Counted from the first letter of the stretch, positions 16,480 to 25,980 are shown. The stretch: 32,000 nucleotides of DNA from Candidatus Methanoperedens nitratireducens (GCF_900196725.1 NZ_FZMP01000219.1:1-32000); one strand, 5' to 3'. The notes: generated by a model not told the origin, from the letters alone. A program made the numbers and translations.

Positions 16480-16914
16480 ATGCCTCATAAATGCACAAAA
16501 TGTGAAAATATATTCAGGGATGGCGCAGCTATCATATTGAACGGTTGCCCCAAATGCGGCTGGAACAAATTCCTCTATGTCAGGGATGAGAATACACCCC
16601 TGCCGGAAAAAACACAAATGCCTGCCGGTTCGATCCCGCCGGCTGCCTCTAAATTCATCAAGGAGGTCGATGAACTCCTGGGAAATAAACCTGTCCCGCC
16701 CCAGCCTGTTCCAAAAGAGCTGAAGGTTGAGACAAAGCCGGAGGAAGTGGGCGAGAGGGTGGAATCCGTAAGGATATTGTCCCCGGGCTCATATGAGCTG
16801 AACCTTGATTCGATCATGAAGCGGGACGAGATTGTAATGGCACTGAAGGAAGACGGCACCTATATCGTCCATTTGCCATCCATTTTCCAGAAAAAGAAAC
16901 ATCACGAGCGATAG
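16480..16914 (+). CDS. Zn-ribbon protein, third member of the GTPase cluster
   Basis: 144 aa with an N-terminal CTKC...(x)...CPKC zinc ribbon, a Pro-rich linker, and a conserved-looking C-terminal domain. It starts 2 nt after the previous stop. Confidence 0.65.
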   Translation: MPHKCTKCENIFRDGAAIILNGCPKCGWNKFLYVRDENTPLPEKTQMPAGSIPPAASKFIKEVDELLGNKPVPPQPVPKELKVETKPEEVGERVESVRILSPGSYELNLDSIMKRDEIVMALKEDGTYIVHLPSIFQKKKHHER

Positions 16915-17336
16915 TAGAAAGGAGGCGTTGAATTGATCAGGGAATATTCTTTAGCCCGGGGAGAATCGGTTGTATATATATACACCGTATCTATCGTCTC
17001 ACCAAACTTTCGCGATTCATGGAAGTAATAATCCTTATCCAGCCATGAGATATTTTTTACTCTCAGGATAGCTTTATCCTGATCCATCTTAACTATCTCA
17101 TAATCAAAATTCGAGAACATAAATTTTATTTTTGGCTCAAGGCTCTTGCTTCCAAGAAGGAGAATATACATTTTTGGCAGATTGTCCATATTGTAATTCA
17201 CTGTGAACGTCGCATCAGTTTTATCAAACTTGATAGTGAGCGAGGATATATGCAGTGTTTGTCTCTCCTGTTTCCCATCTGAAAGGATCGCTGTAAGTAA
17301 TAGCACTGTGAAAAGTACCAGTATTAAACCTTTCAT
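16902..17336 (-). CDS. Hypothetical exported or membrane-anchored protein
   Basis: From the ATG at 17334-17336 it reads MKGLILVLFTVLLLTAILSDG (signal or anchor), followed by a beta-rich domain with no recognisable motifs. Confidence 0.45.
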   Translation of the reverse strand: MKGLILVLFTVLLLTAILSDGKQERQTLHISSLTIKFDKTDATFTVNYNMDNLPKMYILLLGSKSLEPKIKFMFSNFDYEIVKMDQDKAILRVKNISWLDKDYYFHESRKFGETIDTVYIYTTDSPRAKEYSLINSTPPFYYRS

Positions 17337-17503
17337 ATGTAGGACAATATACATTCTGTAAATATATCTTTTTGCTATACTTCCGGCTGTTAGTAAGCAA
17401 AGCAATGGTACGAAAACAAATAAATGCCTTTAGGACATTATCATATTGAGGAGTCGGCAGCAATTCATAAAATATAAATAATTAAATAAAACATTTTATA
17501 AAC

Positions 17504-18055
17504 ATGATAATACCGAAAATAGTGTTCTTAACCAAAGGGGTGGGCGTCCACAGAGATAAACTTGCCTCATTTGAGCTTGCGCTGCGGGATGCCGGTATAG
17601 AGAAATGCAACCTTGTGTCGGTATCAAGTATCCTGCCGCCGCAGTGCAAGATAATACCAAAGGATGAAGGATTAAAGCTCCTGAGCCCGGGCGGGATAAC
17701 CTTCTGTGTATATGCAAGAAATGAAACGAACGAGCCGAACCGCCTGATCTCCGCTGCTATCGGGGTCGCTATACCCAAAGACACAGGTATTTACGGGTAC
17801 TTATCCGAGCATCATTCGTTCGGTGAAGTTGGAAAAAAGGCTGGTGAATATGCAGAAGACCTTGCCGCGACCATGCTTGCAACGACCCTGGGCGTCGAAT
17901 TCGATATAAATAAAGCCTGGGATGAGAGAAAACAGATATACAAAGCAAGCGGTCATATATTCAAGACGACGCACATCATCCAGTCTGCAGAAGGCAATAA
18001 AGACGGACTGTGGACGACAGTTTTTGCTGCTGCCGTCTTTGTCGAATATGCCTAA
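17504..18055 (+). CDS. pdaD: Pyruvoyl-dependent arginine decarboxylase
   Basis: 183 aa starting [14 protein letters not shown], with the VSVSSILPP self-cleavage Ser-Ser site typical of PdaD. Confidence 0.9.
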   Translation: MIIPKIVFLTKGVGVHRDKLASFELALRDAGIEKCNLVSVSSILPPQCKIIPKDEGLKLLSPGGITFCVYARNETNEPNRLISAAIGVAIPKDTGIYGYLSEHHSFGEVGKKAGEYAEDLAATMLATTLGVEFDINKAWDERKQIYKASGHIFKTTHIIQSAEGNKDGLWTTVFAAAVFVEYA

Positions 18056-18356
18056 TTCCGATTCCCCTGCCGGGGCTATGATTTTTTAGTAATGTTCATA
18101 TCTATCTATGAACTACCGCTCTTAGCCGACTTTGCGGTGTTTAATCTTATCAATCCATTGAATATCTCATTTTTCAAAAAATCGAATTATAGACAATATA
18201 AAACTAAAATAAGTTTTTATAAACAAAAAATAAATTCAAAAACAGTCACTGGATTTATACAGGTGAAGCTATTCAAGCAATATCATTGCCCAGTACGTTT
18301 GTAATAAGGCAATAAAAAGGAGGAAAATAAAATATGAAAATAGGAGAAATAAACAA

Positions 18357-18899
18357 ATGAGTAGAAACACAGTACTTGAATTATTTTTGATAATATCAGT
18401 AGCTCTGTTCTGGATGCCAGGGGCTTTGGCATCTCCGCAATATCTGGACGCTTACAATTCAACCTTTAGCACAAATACTAGCTGCGGCGTCTGCCATGTT
18501 GATCCTGCAAGTGGAGGACCACGCAATTCTTATGGGATGCAATTTGAGAACCAAACCAACCATGTCACAAATCCAGGTGCGGCATTAACATCAATAGGAC
18601 CAGCCTACGTTATAACACCAGGGGCAACAACCGCTACTTCGATGGTAACAGTAACATCGACTGAGACTTCAACTGCTAACTCGACAGAGCCAATAACATC
18701 GACTGCGACCCCAATTGCCACAGAGCCCCCTTTAATTGCAACTCCTGAACCCATGGAAACTCAGATTCCTGTTGAAACTCCAATAATTACAACCCCGGTA
18801 CCTACACCAGCTCCATCAACTCCAGGGTTCGGACTCGGTGTTTTCATAACCGGGTTACTGGCATGCTACTTCATATTGAAGCGGCGTAACAACAACTGA
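18357..18899 (+). CDS. Secreted monoheme c-type cytochrome with Thr/Pro-rich stalk and PGF-CTERM archaeal sorting signal
   Basis: Signal peptide (LFLIISVALFWMPGALA/SP) and a single CGVCH heme-binding motif. Several N-x-S/T sequons (NST, NTS, NQT, NST). A ~90-aa T/P/S/E-rich low-complexity region. C-terminal PGFGLGVFITGLLACYFILKRRNNN (PGF, transmembrane helix, basic tail). Confidence 0.75.
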   Translation: MSRNTVLELFLIISVALFWMPGALASPQYLDAYNSTFSTNTSCGVCHVDPASGGPRNSYGMQFENQTNHVTNPGAALTSIGPAYVITPGATTATSMVTVTSTETSTANSTEPITSTATPIATEPPLIATPEPMETQIPVETPIITTPVPTPAPSTPGFGLGVFITGLLACYFILKRRNNN

Positions 18900-18928
18900 G
18901 GCAGGAAACCTGCCCTCTTTTTATTTTT
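18900..18928 (+). terminator. Hairpin plus oligo-T terminator-like element after the cytochrome gene
   Basis: GGCAGG-AAA-CCTGCC (18900-18914) is followed by CTCTTTTTATTTTT. Confidence 0.5.
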
Positions 18929-19020
18929 GCGTGTACACCTATCAATATCTTCGCCATTCCGTTAGTAGGAATTATATGAATTCTGATATAGACCATATCG
19001 TAAGCCTGAAAAATTTAAAA

Positions 19021-19074
19021 CTGATACGAACCCACACAACCGGAGTTCGTTGTGAGTTCGTATCAGTTCGTTGT
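19021..19074. repeat. Intergenic bipartite hairpin overlapping phased AGTTCGT(TGT) direct repeats
   Basis: Outer arms of 11 bp: CTGATACGAAC (19021-19031) and GTTCGTATCAG (19056-19066). Inner arms of 6 bp: CACAAC (19035-19040) and GTTGTG (19049-19054). AGTTCGT occurs at 19044, 19055 and 19065. The 10-mer AGTTCGTTGT occurs at 19044-19053 and 19065-19074. Confidence 0.5.
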
Positions 19075-19209
19075 TAATGGCTTAAATGCTGATAAATAAC
19101 ACATTGCTGATTTCTAACCTGAACCACCATTAACCTTATATATTGCGATTCTCTAATTTATTATTAGATACAGTAGTGTATCTTTAATGAGTCGAAGTGG
19201 AGGAAAATT

Positions 19210-19494
19210 ATGGTATATTTACTTGCAATTGGTAAAGTTAAAGATTATTCTAAGTGGAAACCTATGTTCGATGAGTTCGCTAATAGCCGCAAAGAGTATG
19301 GTTCTAAAGGGGGACGCCTTTTCCGTATTGCTGATAAACCGAATGAGCTTGCAATTCTATATGAATGGGAAAGCATTGAAAAAGCGAGAAAATTCGCCCA
19401 GTCCGAGGATTTAAAAAAGTATTTTGAGCGGGCGGGTGTTATTGGTAAGCCTGAGTTCTACTACTTAGAAGAAGTTGAACAGTTATCCGCATAA
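19210..19494 (+). CDS. Small alpha/beta-barrel (ABM/Dabb-like) protein, function unknown
   Basis: 94 aa. GGAGG Shine-Dalgarno at ~19198-19203. The pattern ...LAILYEWESIEKARKFAQSEDLKKYFERAGVIG is reminiscent of ABM-fold proteins. The family call is weak. Confidence 0.5.
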   Translation: MVYLLAIGKVKDYSKWKPMFDEFANSRKEYGSKGGRLFRIADKPNELAILYEWESIEKARKFAQSEDLKKYFERAGVIGKPEFYYLEEVEQLSA

Positions 19495-19644
19495 TTAACG
19501 GACACTGAACACACCGTGACGGACTATTAGTTACGTATAGATTAAAAGCCATCCATTATTTGCTTAGTTTACTCTTCAATAATAGTTTATTTTTGAATTA
19601 TCAAAAGACTGCTATAGACGTTGAAAATAATGTTCAACTAATTA

Positions 19645-20289
19645 CTATAGGACACTACCGATTTTTTTCGCAACTGCAGAAATCATATGCCGCGTATAGC
19701 TTTTACCGTTAAATCTCTTTTCTTTGCGGGATTCGGAAATCATGCATGAAAAGCCATTTAAAAGTTCTTCAAGTTCGGTTATATTGAAATAATGGTAAAT
19801 AATGCCGTTTTTCCTTGAGAACGTATTGGGTTCGACCTCGCGCCCGCCGTATCTCATGTCCCCGTTCCCCATGACCTCTATGAACAGCAGACCGTCTTTT
19901 TTCAGGAGCCGTCTGAATTCGCTTATTGCAGATTTCCGCTCATTTAATAAGAGATGCTGGAGGACGCCGTAGCACCAGATAACATCAAAAGATTCATCGG
20001 AGAAGGGCATCTGGTAAACATTAGATGCCAGAAGCCCGATATCCAGGTCCAGGCTTGCACTTCTTTCACCTGTCATCTTCAGAGCGTTAAGCGACACATC
20101 GGCAGCAATTATATCAAAACCGCGCATACGTAAAGGCAGAGCGTACTTCCCGCCTCCGCATCCGGCATCCAGCAGGCGCCCTTTTTTCAAGTGAGGCGGG
20201 AGGAGATCGAGGGAATAGTATCCTCCTTTCCAACTTTTCGCCTCATTGTTCCATGCTTTGATGTGACCTGTCATATGAGATTTACTCAT
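19645..20289 (-). CDS. Class I SAM-dependent methyltransferase
   Basis: Motif I LLDAGCGGGKYALPL, then an acidic post-I residue (IIAADVS) and motif II-like FDVIWCYGVLQHL. I prefer the ATG at 20287-20289, which avoids overlapping the divergent thiDN gene. Confidence 0.8.
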   Translation of the reverse strand: MSKSHMTGHIKAWNNEAKSWKGGYYSLDLLPPHLKKGRLLDAGCGGGKYALPLRMRGFDIIAADVSLNALKMTGERSASLDLDIGLLASNVYQMPFSDESFDVIWCYGVLQHLLLNERKSAISEFRRLLKKDGLLFIEVMGNGDMRYGGREVEPNTFSRKNGIIYHYFNITELEELLNGFSCMISESRKEKRFNGKSYTRHMISAVAKKIGSVL

Positions 20290-20332
20290 TTCGACTGGAA
20301 CTATTATAATGTATGGGGACAATTATTATTTG

Positions 20333-21649
20333 ATGCCTACAGCACTGACGATCGCAGGAGTGGACTCAGGCGGAGGCGCAGGCATAACAGCTGATATAAA
20401 GACTTTTGCTGCGCTGGGGGTCCACGGGACTTGTGTAATAACCGCATGTACAGCCCAGAATACGAGAGAAGTCAAGGATATTTTTGATATTCCTGCCGAG
20501 TTTGTTGAGAGACAGTTCGATGTCGTGATGAGCGATATCAGGGTAGATTGCGCCAAGACCGGGATGCTCTCATCGCCCGAAATTGTCAGAACGGTTGCAA
20601 GGCTGATACGAAAACAAAACATTCCTCTTGTCGTTGATCCGGTGATGGCGGCGGGGTCAGGAGGAAAACTCCTGCAGGATGAGGCTGTTGACGTTATGAT
20701 AGATGAACTCCTGCCTCTTGCAACGATACTGACACCAAATATTTTCGAGGCGGAACGGTTGTCGGGCGTTAAAGTTCGCGATATGAACGACGCAAAGATA
20801 GCTGCTGCGAAGATCAGTGATCTCGGGGCAAAAGCAGTTATTGTAACAGGCGGGCATCTTGACGGAACAGATGTGTTTTATTCTAATGGGGAGTTCACGT
20901 ATATCCTGGGGGAATTGATAGCTGGCGGCACGCATGGGACCGGATGCACTCATTCTGCGGCAATAACAGCGGAGCTTGCTAAAGGAACTCCTCTTGTTGA
21001 AGCAGCAAAGAGAGCCAAGAAATTCGTTGAGAATGCGATACTTACGAGCGTAAAGATAGGCAGAGGAGCCGCACCTGTGAACCAGCTCGGGCATACGCTT
21101 GCAGAAGCACGGAGGTACGGAGTCTTAAAGACCGTGGAGGAAGCCGTAGAGCTGATCGAAAGTAACATGGACTTCTCTGAACTCATCCCCGAGGTGGGAT
21201 GCAATGTTGCCATGGGAATACCTAATGCCGCTCTTATTTCTGATGTTGCCGCCGTTTCAGGAAGGATCGTAAAATTAAAAGGTACGCCTCATGCGGTGGG
21301 TTGCGTCGAGTTCGGCGCAAGCAGCCATGTCGCAAGAGTAGTGCTCACGGCGATGCAGACCGATAGTTCCGTGAGAGCTGCGATGAATATACGATATTCC
21401 GAGGAGGCGCTTGTAGCCTGCAAGGAAATAGGGCTTAAAGTGGCATCATTTATACGGGACGAAGAGCCGCAGGGGGTTTCTACGATGGAATGGGGCGTGG
21501 GTGATGCGATACAGAGATCCGGAAGGGTCCCTGATGTTATCTTTGACACAGGCGACATCGGAAAAGAGGCTATGATACGGCTTCTTGGGACGGATGCCGT
21601 CGAGGTCGTGAAACAGGCGTTTGCAATATTGAGCGCAATGATGAGATGA
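20333..21649 (+). CDS. thiDN: Bifunctional ThiD-ThiN (HMP/HMP-P kinase fused to archaeal thiamine-phosphate synthase)
   Basis: The N-terminal ThiD part reads ALTIAGVDSGGGAGITADIKTF...GTGCTHSAAITAELAKG. A ~170-aa C-terminal ThiN-like domain follows. The start is at 20333 (MPTALTIAG); the longer ORF begins at 20309. Confidence 0.85.
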   Translation: MPTALTIAGVDSGGGAGITADIKTFAALGVHGTCVITACTAQNTREVKDIFDIPAEFVERQFDVVMSDIRVDCAKTGMLSSPEIVRTVARLIRKQNIPLVVDPVMAAGSGGKLLQDEAVDVMIDELLPLATILTPNIFEAERLSGVKVRDMNDAKIAAAKISDLGAKAVIVTGGHLDGTDVFYSNGEFTYILGELIAGGTHGTGCTHSAAITAELAKGTPLVEAAKRAKKFVENAILTSVKIGRGAAPVNQLGHTLAEARRYGVLKTVEEAVELIESNMDFSELIPEVGCNVAMGIPNAALISDVAAVSGRIVKLKGTPHAVGCVEFGASSHVARVVLTAMQTDSSVRAAMNIRYSEEALVACKEIGLKVASFIRDEEPQGVSTMEWGVGDAIQRSGRVPDVIFDTGDIGKEAMIRLLGTDAVEVVKQAFAILSAMMR

Positions 21650-22057
21650 ACTCGCTGATTTTATGATGAGGATCTTGAGTACTGAGCGCTTATACAGTAC
21701 TTCCTAAAACTCCCAACATCTACAGCCACATCCAATGGAATTTCCTGCTAAACTCAAAAGATACTCTCCGCCATATTCTCCCTATGGAACTTTTAAGTCG
21801 CCACTCAACGAATTTTACATATAGATATGGCACTATCAAAAAGAATGCCAACACTATGATTAACTTCACCCATATCATCGCAGGCGGCTCCGGGAAAAAC
21901 TCCGGATACAGGTTCCTGACTAACTCTATATTGGGTGACATTAAAAGAGTATTTGTTTTTGAACTTAAGTAGTTTTGCATCCCCTGGTTAACAGCCAAAA
22001 GCATCCAGCAACATCTTAACAGAACCTGTACGATGCATGTATATAGCGTTCACTAAA

Positions 22058-23293
22058 TTAGGGAGCGGCTCTCTTTCTGACCAGGAACACAATCAGCAGG
22101 ACGATCGCCGCGTATTCGAATCCCGGTGATTCCGGTGTTCCGGCGGGAACCGGAGCCGTCGTGGCTGTGGTCCCGGCTGTTCTTGCCGGCGTATGTTCTT
22201 TGGAAGAAGCATATGCGTACACGATCCCATTATGGGTTGCAGCATACAGCATATTTCCGGAGATGGCTGGGGATGTTACATAATCGCCGTCCTTTCCTCC
22301 GGTTGAGTTGCTCCAGAGGAGTTGTCCTGTATTTGCATCAATGCCATATATCACATTGTTCGCTGACCCGAAATAAACGACACCATTTGAAATGGCAGCC
22401 GACGAGGTAACAAAGCCTGAGGTAGGGAACTTCCATTTCAGTTTCCCTGTTGCGGAGTCGATAGCATAAAAATTAGAGTCCTTTGAACCGACGTATACTG
22501 TGCCGTCCTTTACAGAAGGTGACGGCTCGATATTATTTCCTGTAGAATACTTCCATTTCAGAATGCCTTTATCCGATGTCAGGGCATAGATCACCCCATT
22601 GTTCGAACCGATAAAGACAATTCCATTTTCAATCGCTGGCGAGGATTTGATCTCCGTTCCGGTATCGTAACGCCATTTCTCTTTCCCGTTCACTGCATCA
22701 AAAGCGATGAGAACACCATTCCTATTACCAACATAAACGGTTCCTCCTGAAACAGCAGGAGAAGAATCAATGCTGCTGGCTGTGGCTTTCGACCACGAAG
22801 TTTCTCCGGTCAGGATATTGATCGCATAAAAGTTAGCATCTTTGGAACCCACATAAGCCAGGTTATCAACTACAGCCGGAGAAGACAGATACCCGTCTAA
22901 AGATTGTGTGTATGTCCATCTTACGCTGCCGTTTTTTGCATTGATGGCGTAGAACCGTTTATCATTCGGTCCAACGTACAATACTCCATCTACGACCGCA
23001 GGAACTGCTCTGACAAAACCGTTGGTCTGGTATTTCCATATCTCTTTTCCGGATACGGCATCAATCGCATGTATCCCATAGCTTGAACCAATATATAAAA
23101 TGCCGTTCACAACAACCGGAGATGAATCAGTACTATATCCGATATTTGAAGACCATTTCAGGGTGAGCGGAGGATTGACCGTATCTATGGTAAATCCCGA
23201 ATGTGATGCATCTTTCTTAAACATGTTCCAGTCCGAAGCAAGCGCCGGTGTAACCAGCATGACCATTAACAGTAGATAGATAACCGCTCTCAT
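22058..23293 (-). CDS. Secreted PQQ-like beta-propeller repeat protein with PGF-CTERM-like anchor
   Basis: Signal peptide MRAVIYLLLMVMLVTPALA. About 8 repeats of the pattern (Y/F)xGSxDxxxYAIDAxTGKxxWK. C-terminal T/A/P-rich linker, then PGFEYAAIVLLIVFLVRKRAAP. GGAGG Shine-Dalgarno upstream. Confidence 0.8.
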   Translation of the reverse strand: MRAVIYLLLMVMLVTPALASDWNMFKKDASHSGFTIDTVNPPLTLKWSSNIGYSTDSSPVVVNGILYIGSSYGIHAIDAVSGKEIWKYQTNGFVRAVPAVVDGVLYVGPNDKRFYAINAKNGSVRWTYTQSLDGYLSSPAVVDNLAYVGSKDANFYAINILTGETSWSKATASSIDSSPAVSGGTVYVGNRNGVLIAFDAVNGKEKWRYDTGTEIKSSPAIENGIVFIGSNNGVIYALTSDKGILKWKYSTGNNIEPSPSVKDGTVYVGSKDSNFYAIDSATGKLKWKFPTSGFVTSSAAISNGVVYFGSANNVIYGIDANTGQLLWSNSTGGKDGDYVTSPAISGNMLYAATHNGIVYAYASSKEHTPARTAGTTATTAPVPAGTPESPGFEYAAIVLLIVFLVRKRAAP

Positions 23294-23596
23294 TTATGTC
23301 CTCCTGAACTTTACATAGCATTTTGATTTATAAAGTTAACTGTATATGTTGTGTCCGTTTATTTAGAGCCGTCAAGGATTGTTAGAAGGGACTAATAATT
23401 ACTATCAGTAATAAAACTTTTCACAGTTTTACATTCAAAGCTTTGTTATGCCTTATTTTCCTCAAAATTGATCCGGTAACTTATAATTAAAAAGATATTT
23501 ATACTTAGCAAGTTATGTCTATATTTAACTGAGCCGCCATAAGGCAAGCGGCATTTCCACAGAGGTCGAAGTATGGAAGCAAGGGTATCCGGAAAA

Positions 23597-24184
23597 ATGA
23601 AAAAATCCGCAATAGAAGTAGTTGTTGCGATACTTGTTTTAACTGCAACCGTATCAATGAGCGGGTGCATCCAGGATAAGCCGGCTACCGCAGCGCCGGA
23701 TGACCAAAAACTGGTAACCTCGGCACCGACTGGAAATATCCCGGTAACAACGATAGAGAAAGTCTCCAATGAACTGGATATACTCAACTCGAAGGGATGG
23801 AACAGACTTGCAGTTCAGTTAAACCGACCCAGGACAACCACTTTGTTATGGTATCACTTGAAAAAGACCATTGGATTCGAACCGAAGATAGTTTTCGGAA
23901 ATCCAAATAAACTCAATACCTCTATCGCAATCCCGGTCAAACAGGGAGGAAACAGCACACTTCCGAAAATCAGAATTAAAGGTGTCGATTATTACATTAT
24001 TGACCCGATGACGCCATCTATTATAAACGAATTCAATTACGGTTACATGTACGACGACCCGGGAAGCGTCGCCCCGGGATTCTTTAATGATTTCAGGCTC
24101 AACACCGGTGATATCGGCATTGTTGAGCAGTGGATGAAGGAAACAGGTGTAAATGTCTATGACACTGATTTTCCGATCAAATAA
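23597..24184 (+). CDS. Hypothetical lipoprotein-like exported protein
   Basis: MKKSAIEVVVAILVLTATVSMSGC (lipobox-like SGC), followed by a domain with no recognisable motifs. Confidence 0.55.
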   Translation: MKKSAIEVVVAILVLTATVSMSGCIQDKPATAAPDDQKLVTSAPTGNIPVTTIEKVSNELDILNSKGWNRLAVQLNRPRTTTLLWYHLKKTIGFEPKIVFGNPNKLNTSIAIPVKQGGNSTLPKIRIKGVDYYIIDPMTPSIINEFNYGYMYDDPGSVAPGFFNDFRLNTGDIGIVEQWMKETGVNVYDTDFPIK

Positions 24185-24208
24185 CACATGATATAATAGA
24201 AGGAACCG

Positions 24209-25924
24209 CTACAATAAACCAAGCTCCCTCAGCTTCTCCTCAGCCGGCACACCTTCATCACTCCAGCCCCTGAAATGATAGTATTCGTCCAGCGCCTTTT
24301 CAAACTCTGCCCTGTTAATCCCGCCTCCCCCGAAGAACCTCTCCGGAAGCGTATCATCCTTTCGCGTAAATCCTGCCCCGATATTGAACAATCTCTCAAG
24401 GTTCCATATCCTTTCCCCGCATTTCAAAAATTCCTCTACCGAATAATCCATACCTGTTGCAGAGCTCAGCATGTTCACGAACTCTTTATCCGACATCGTA
24501 AACGATGCGAACGTACACAGCACCGATGAATCAAGAGCAGCCTTTTCATTCTGGAAAATCTGCACAAGCTCTGCTTTTCCTGAAAATGTATGGGGATCGA
24601 CCTTCATGGGTTTTCCGAAGATTTCCGGCGCAATCATATAGGCGCGCAGATGGCATCCTCCGCGGTTCGATGTGGCGAAAGCCAGAGCCATCCCCAGAAC
24701 ACCGCGCGGGTCATATCCGGGAAACTCAAGCCCTTTGGACTGCATCGCAACATCTTTCCCGTGTGATTTTGCAAGAGCCTTCGAGCCCCTGCCCAGTTCC
24801 TTTCCAATGCCCTCACTCTCACCTATCTTTTTAACAAGCGCAAGTAACTCATCGATATCCTCACCCATTATTTCAGCATAAGCCGCGAGCGTAGAGCCTG
24901 AGGAGATGGTATCAATGCCGTAATCGTTACAGAGGCGGTTTACCCTGATGATCGTATCCATGTCAGCATTGTTGCTGTCGGGACCGTAAGCCCACAGTGT
25001 CTCGTATTCAGGAACCTCGTGATTCTCGAACATCCCGCTCTTTATGATATGTTTGCATGCGATAATGCAGTTATAACAGGCGTGAGACTTAATATCGTAA
25101 TTTTCTTTGATAAATTCGCCTGAAACTCTATCTGCGCGGTCAAACCCCCTCTGGCGGAAATTCTTTACAGGCAGGATTTTCGTATAGTTCATCAGGTTCA
25201 AAGCCGAAGACGTTCCATACGTACTCAATCCTTTTGAAGCTGCAGGTCCCTCTTTTATAAGATGCAGCGCCTCACGGCACGCTTTTTTAAAACTCTCTTC
25301 ATCAGCGATCGCAGGCTTTTTATCTCCTTTTACCACTATTGCCTTAAGCTTCTTTGAACCCATGACTGCACCCATACCCCCGCGCCCGCAGGCATGGAAA
25401 TAATCGTTCATGACGCTGGCGATCGGGACAAGCCGTTCTCCTGCGCGCCCGATGCAAGCCACGCGTCCTTTTGATGAGAGTTTATCCGTACATGACCTGA
25501 CGTTCTCTCCCCACAATCCGTTTGCAGGGTGAATCTCAATGTCATCATTCTGTATAGAGATATAAACAGGTTGCTCTGCCAAGCCCTTTATTATGAGCGC
25601 ATCAATCCCCGCGAACTTTAATTCTTTCCCGAAAAACCCGCCGCTGCTTGAATCGAATATCGTGCTTGTAAGCGGGGATTTTGATACAATCGCGTGCCTG
25701 CCCGACATCGGGGCTGCCGTCCCTGTAAGAGGACCGGTTGCAAAGATGATTATGTTTTCCGGGCTCAGTGGGTCGATATTCGGGTTTATGGCATCATAAT
25801 AAAGCTTTACACCCAGCCCCCTTCCACCGATAAAGGCATGAAGGGAACTGGTGTCGCTTTCGTTTTTAGCGATTCTATTGTCTGATAAATCTATTGTTAC
25901 GATTTTTCCTGTCCAGCCGTGCAT
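24209..25924 (-). CDS. aor: Aldehyde:ferredoxin oxidoreductase family (tungsten/molybdopterin) enzyme
   Basis: Starts at MHGWTGKIVTIDLS (ATG 25922-25924). It reads IGGRGLG...FATGPLTG and is AOR-like along its length, with Fe-S/pterin-region cysteines (CYNCIIACKH). About 571 aa. Confidence 0.9.
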   Translation of the reverse strand: MHGWTGKIVTIDLSDNRIAKNESDTSSLHAFIGGRGLGVKLYYDAINPNIDPLSPENIIIFATGPLTGTAAPMSGRHAIVSKSPLTSTIFDSSSGGFFGKELKFAGIDALIIKGLAEQPVYISIQNDDIEIHPANGLWGENVRSCTDKLSSKGRVACIGRAGERLVPIASVMNDYFHACGRGGMGAVMGSKKLKAIVVKGDKKPAIADEESFKKACREALHLIKEGPAASKGLSTYGTSSALNLMNYTKILPVKNFRQRGFDRADRVSGEFIKENYDIKSHACYNCIIACKHIIKSGMFENHEVPEYETLWAYGPDSNNADMDTIIRVNRLCNDYGIDTISSGSTLAAYAEIMGEDIDELLALVKKIGESEGIGKELGRGSKALAKSHGKDVAMQSKGLEFPGYDPRGVLGMALAFATSNRGGCHLRAYMIAPEIFGKPMKVDPHTFSGKAELVQIFQNEKAALDSSVLCTFASFTMSDKEFVNMLSSATGMDYSVEEFLKCGERIWNLERLFNIGAGFTRKDDTLPERFFGGGGINRAEFEKALDEYYHFRGWSDEGVPAEEKLRELGLL

Positions 25925-25980
25925 ATGGGTTTTACAATAGGAGGTTAGTATATTAAAGTTATGGTAGAATCGCTTCTTTG

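Noticed and set aside
18064-18087. CCCC-TGCC-GGGG mini-hairpin followed by T6 after pdaD, a possible terminator.
   Set aside because: A stem of only 4 bp is too weak to list as a feature. The oligo-T tract alone may suffice for archaeal termination.
21720-22004. 94-aa ORF with one hydrophobic helix (WVKLIIVLAFFLIVPYLYV) between thiDN and the PQQ-propeller gene.
   Set aside because: It has no ribosome-binding signal or family motif, and there is a competing ORF on the opposite strand. It may be a real small membrane protein, but the evidence is too weak to report it as a feature.
23873-23883. GGATTCGAACC, the exact reverse complement of a tRNA T-arm core (GGTTCGAATCC).
   Set aside because: The flanking bases cannot form a 5-bp T stem (TTCGG versus CCAAT pairs only 2 bp). 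No acceptor or anticodon arms are evident, and the site lies inside a coding ORF (…TIGFEPKIV…).
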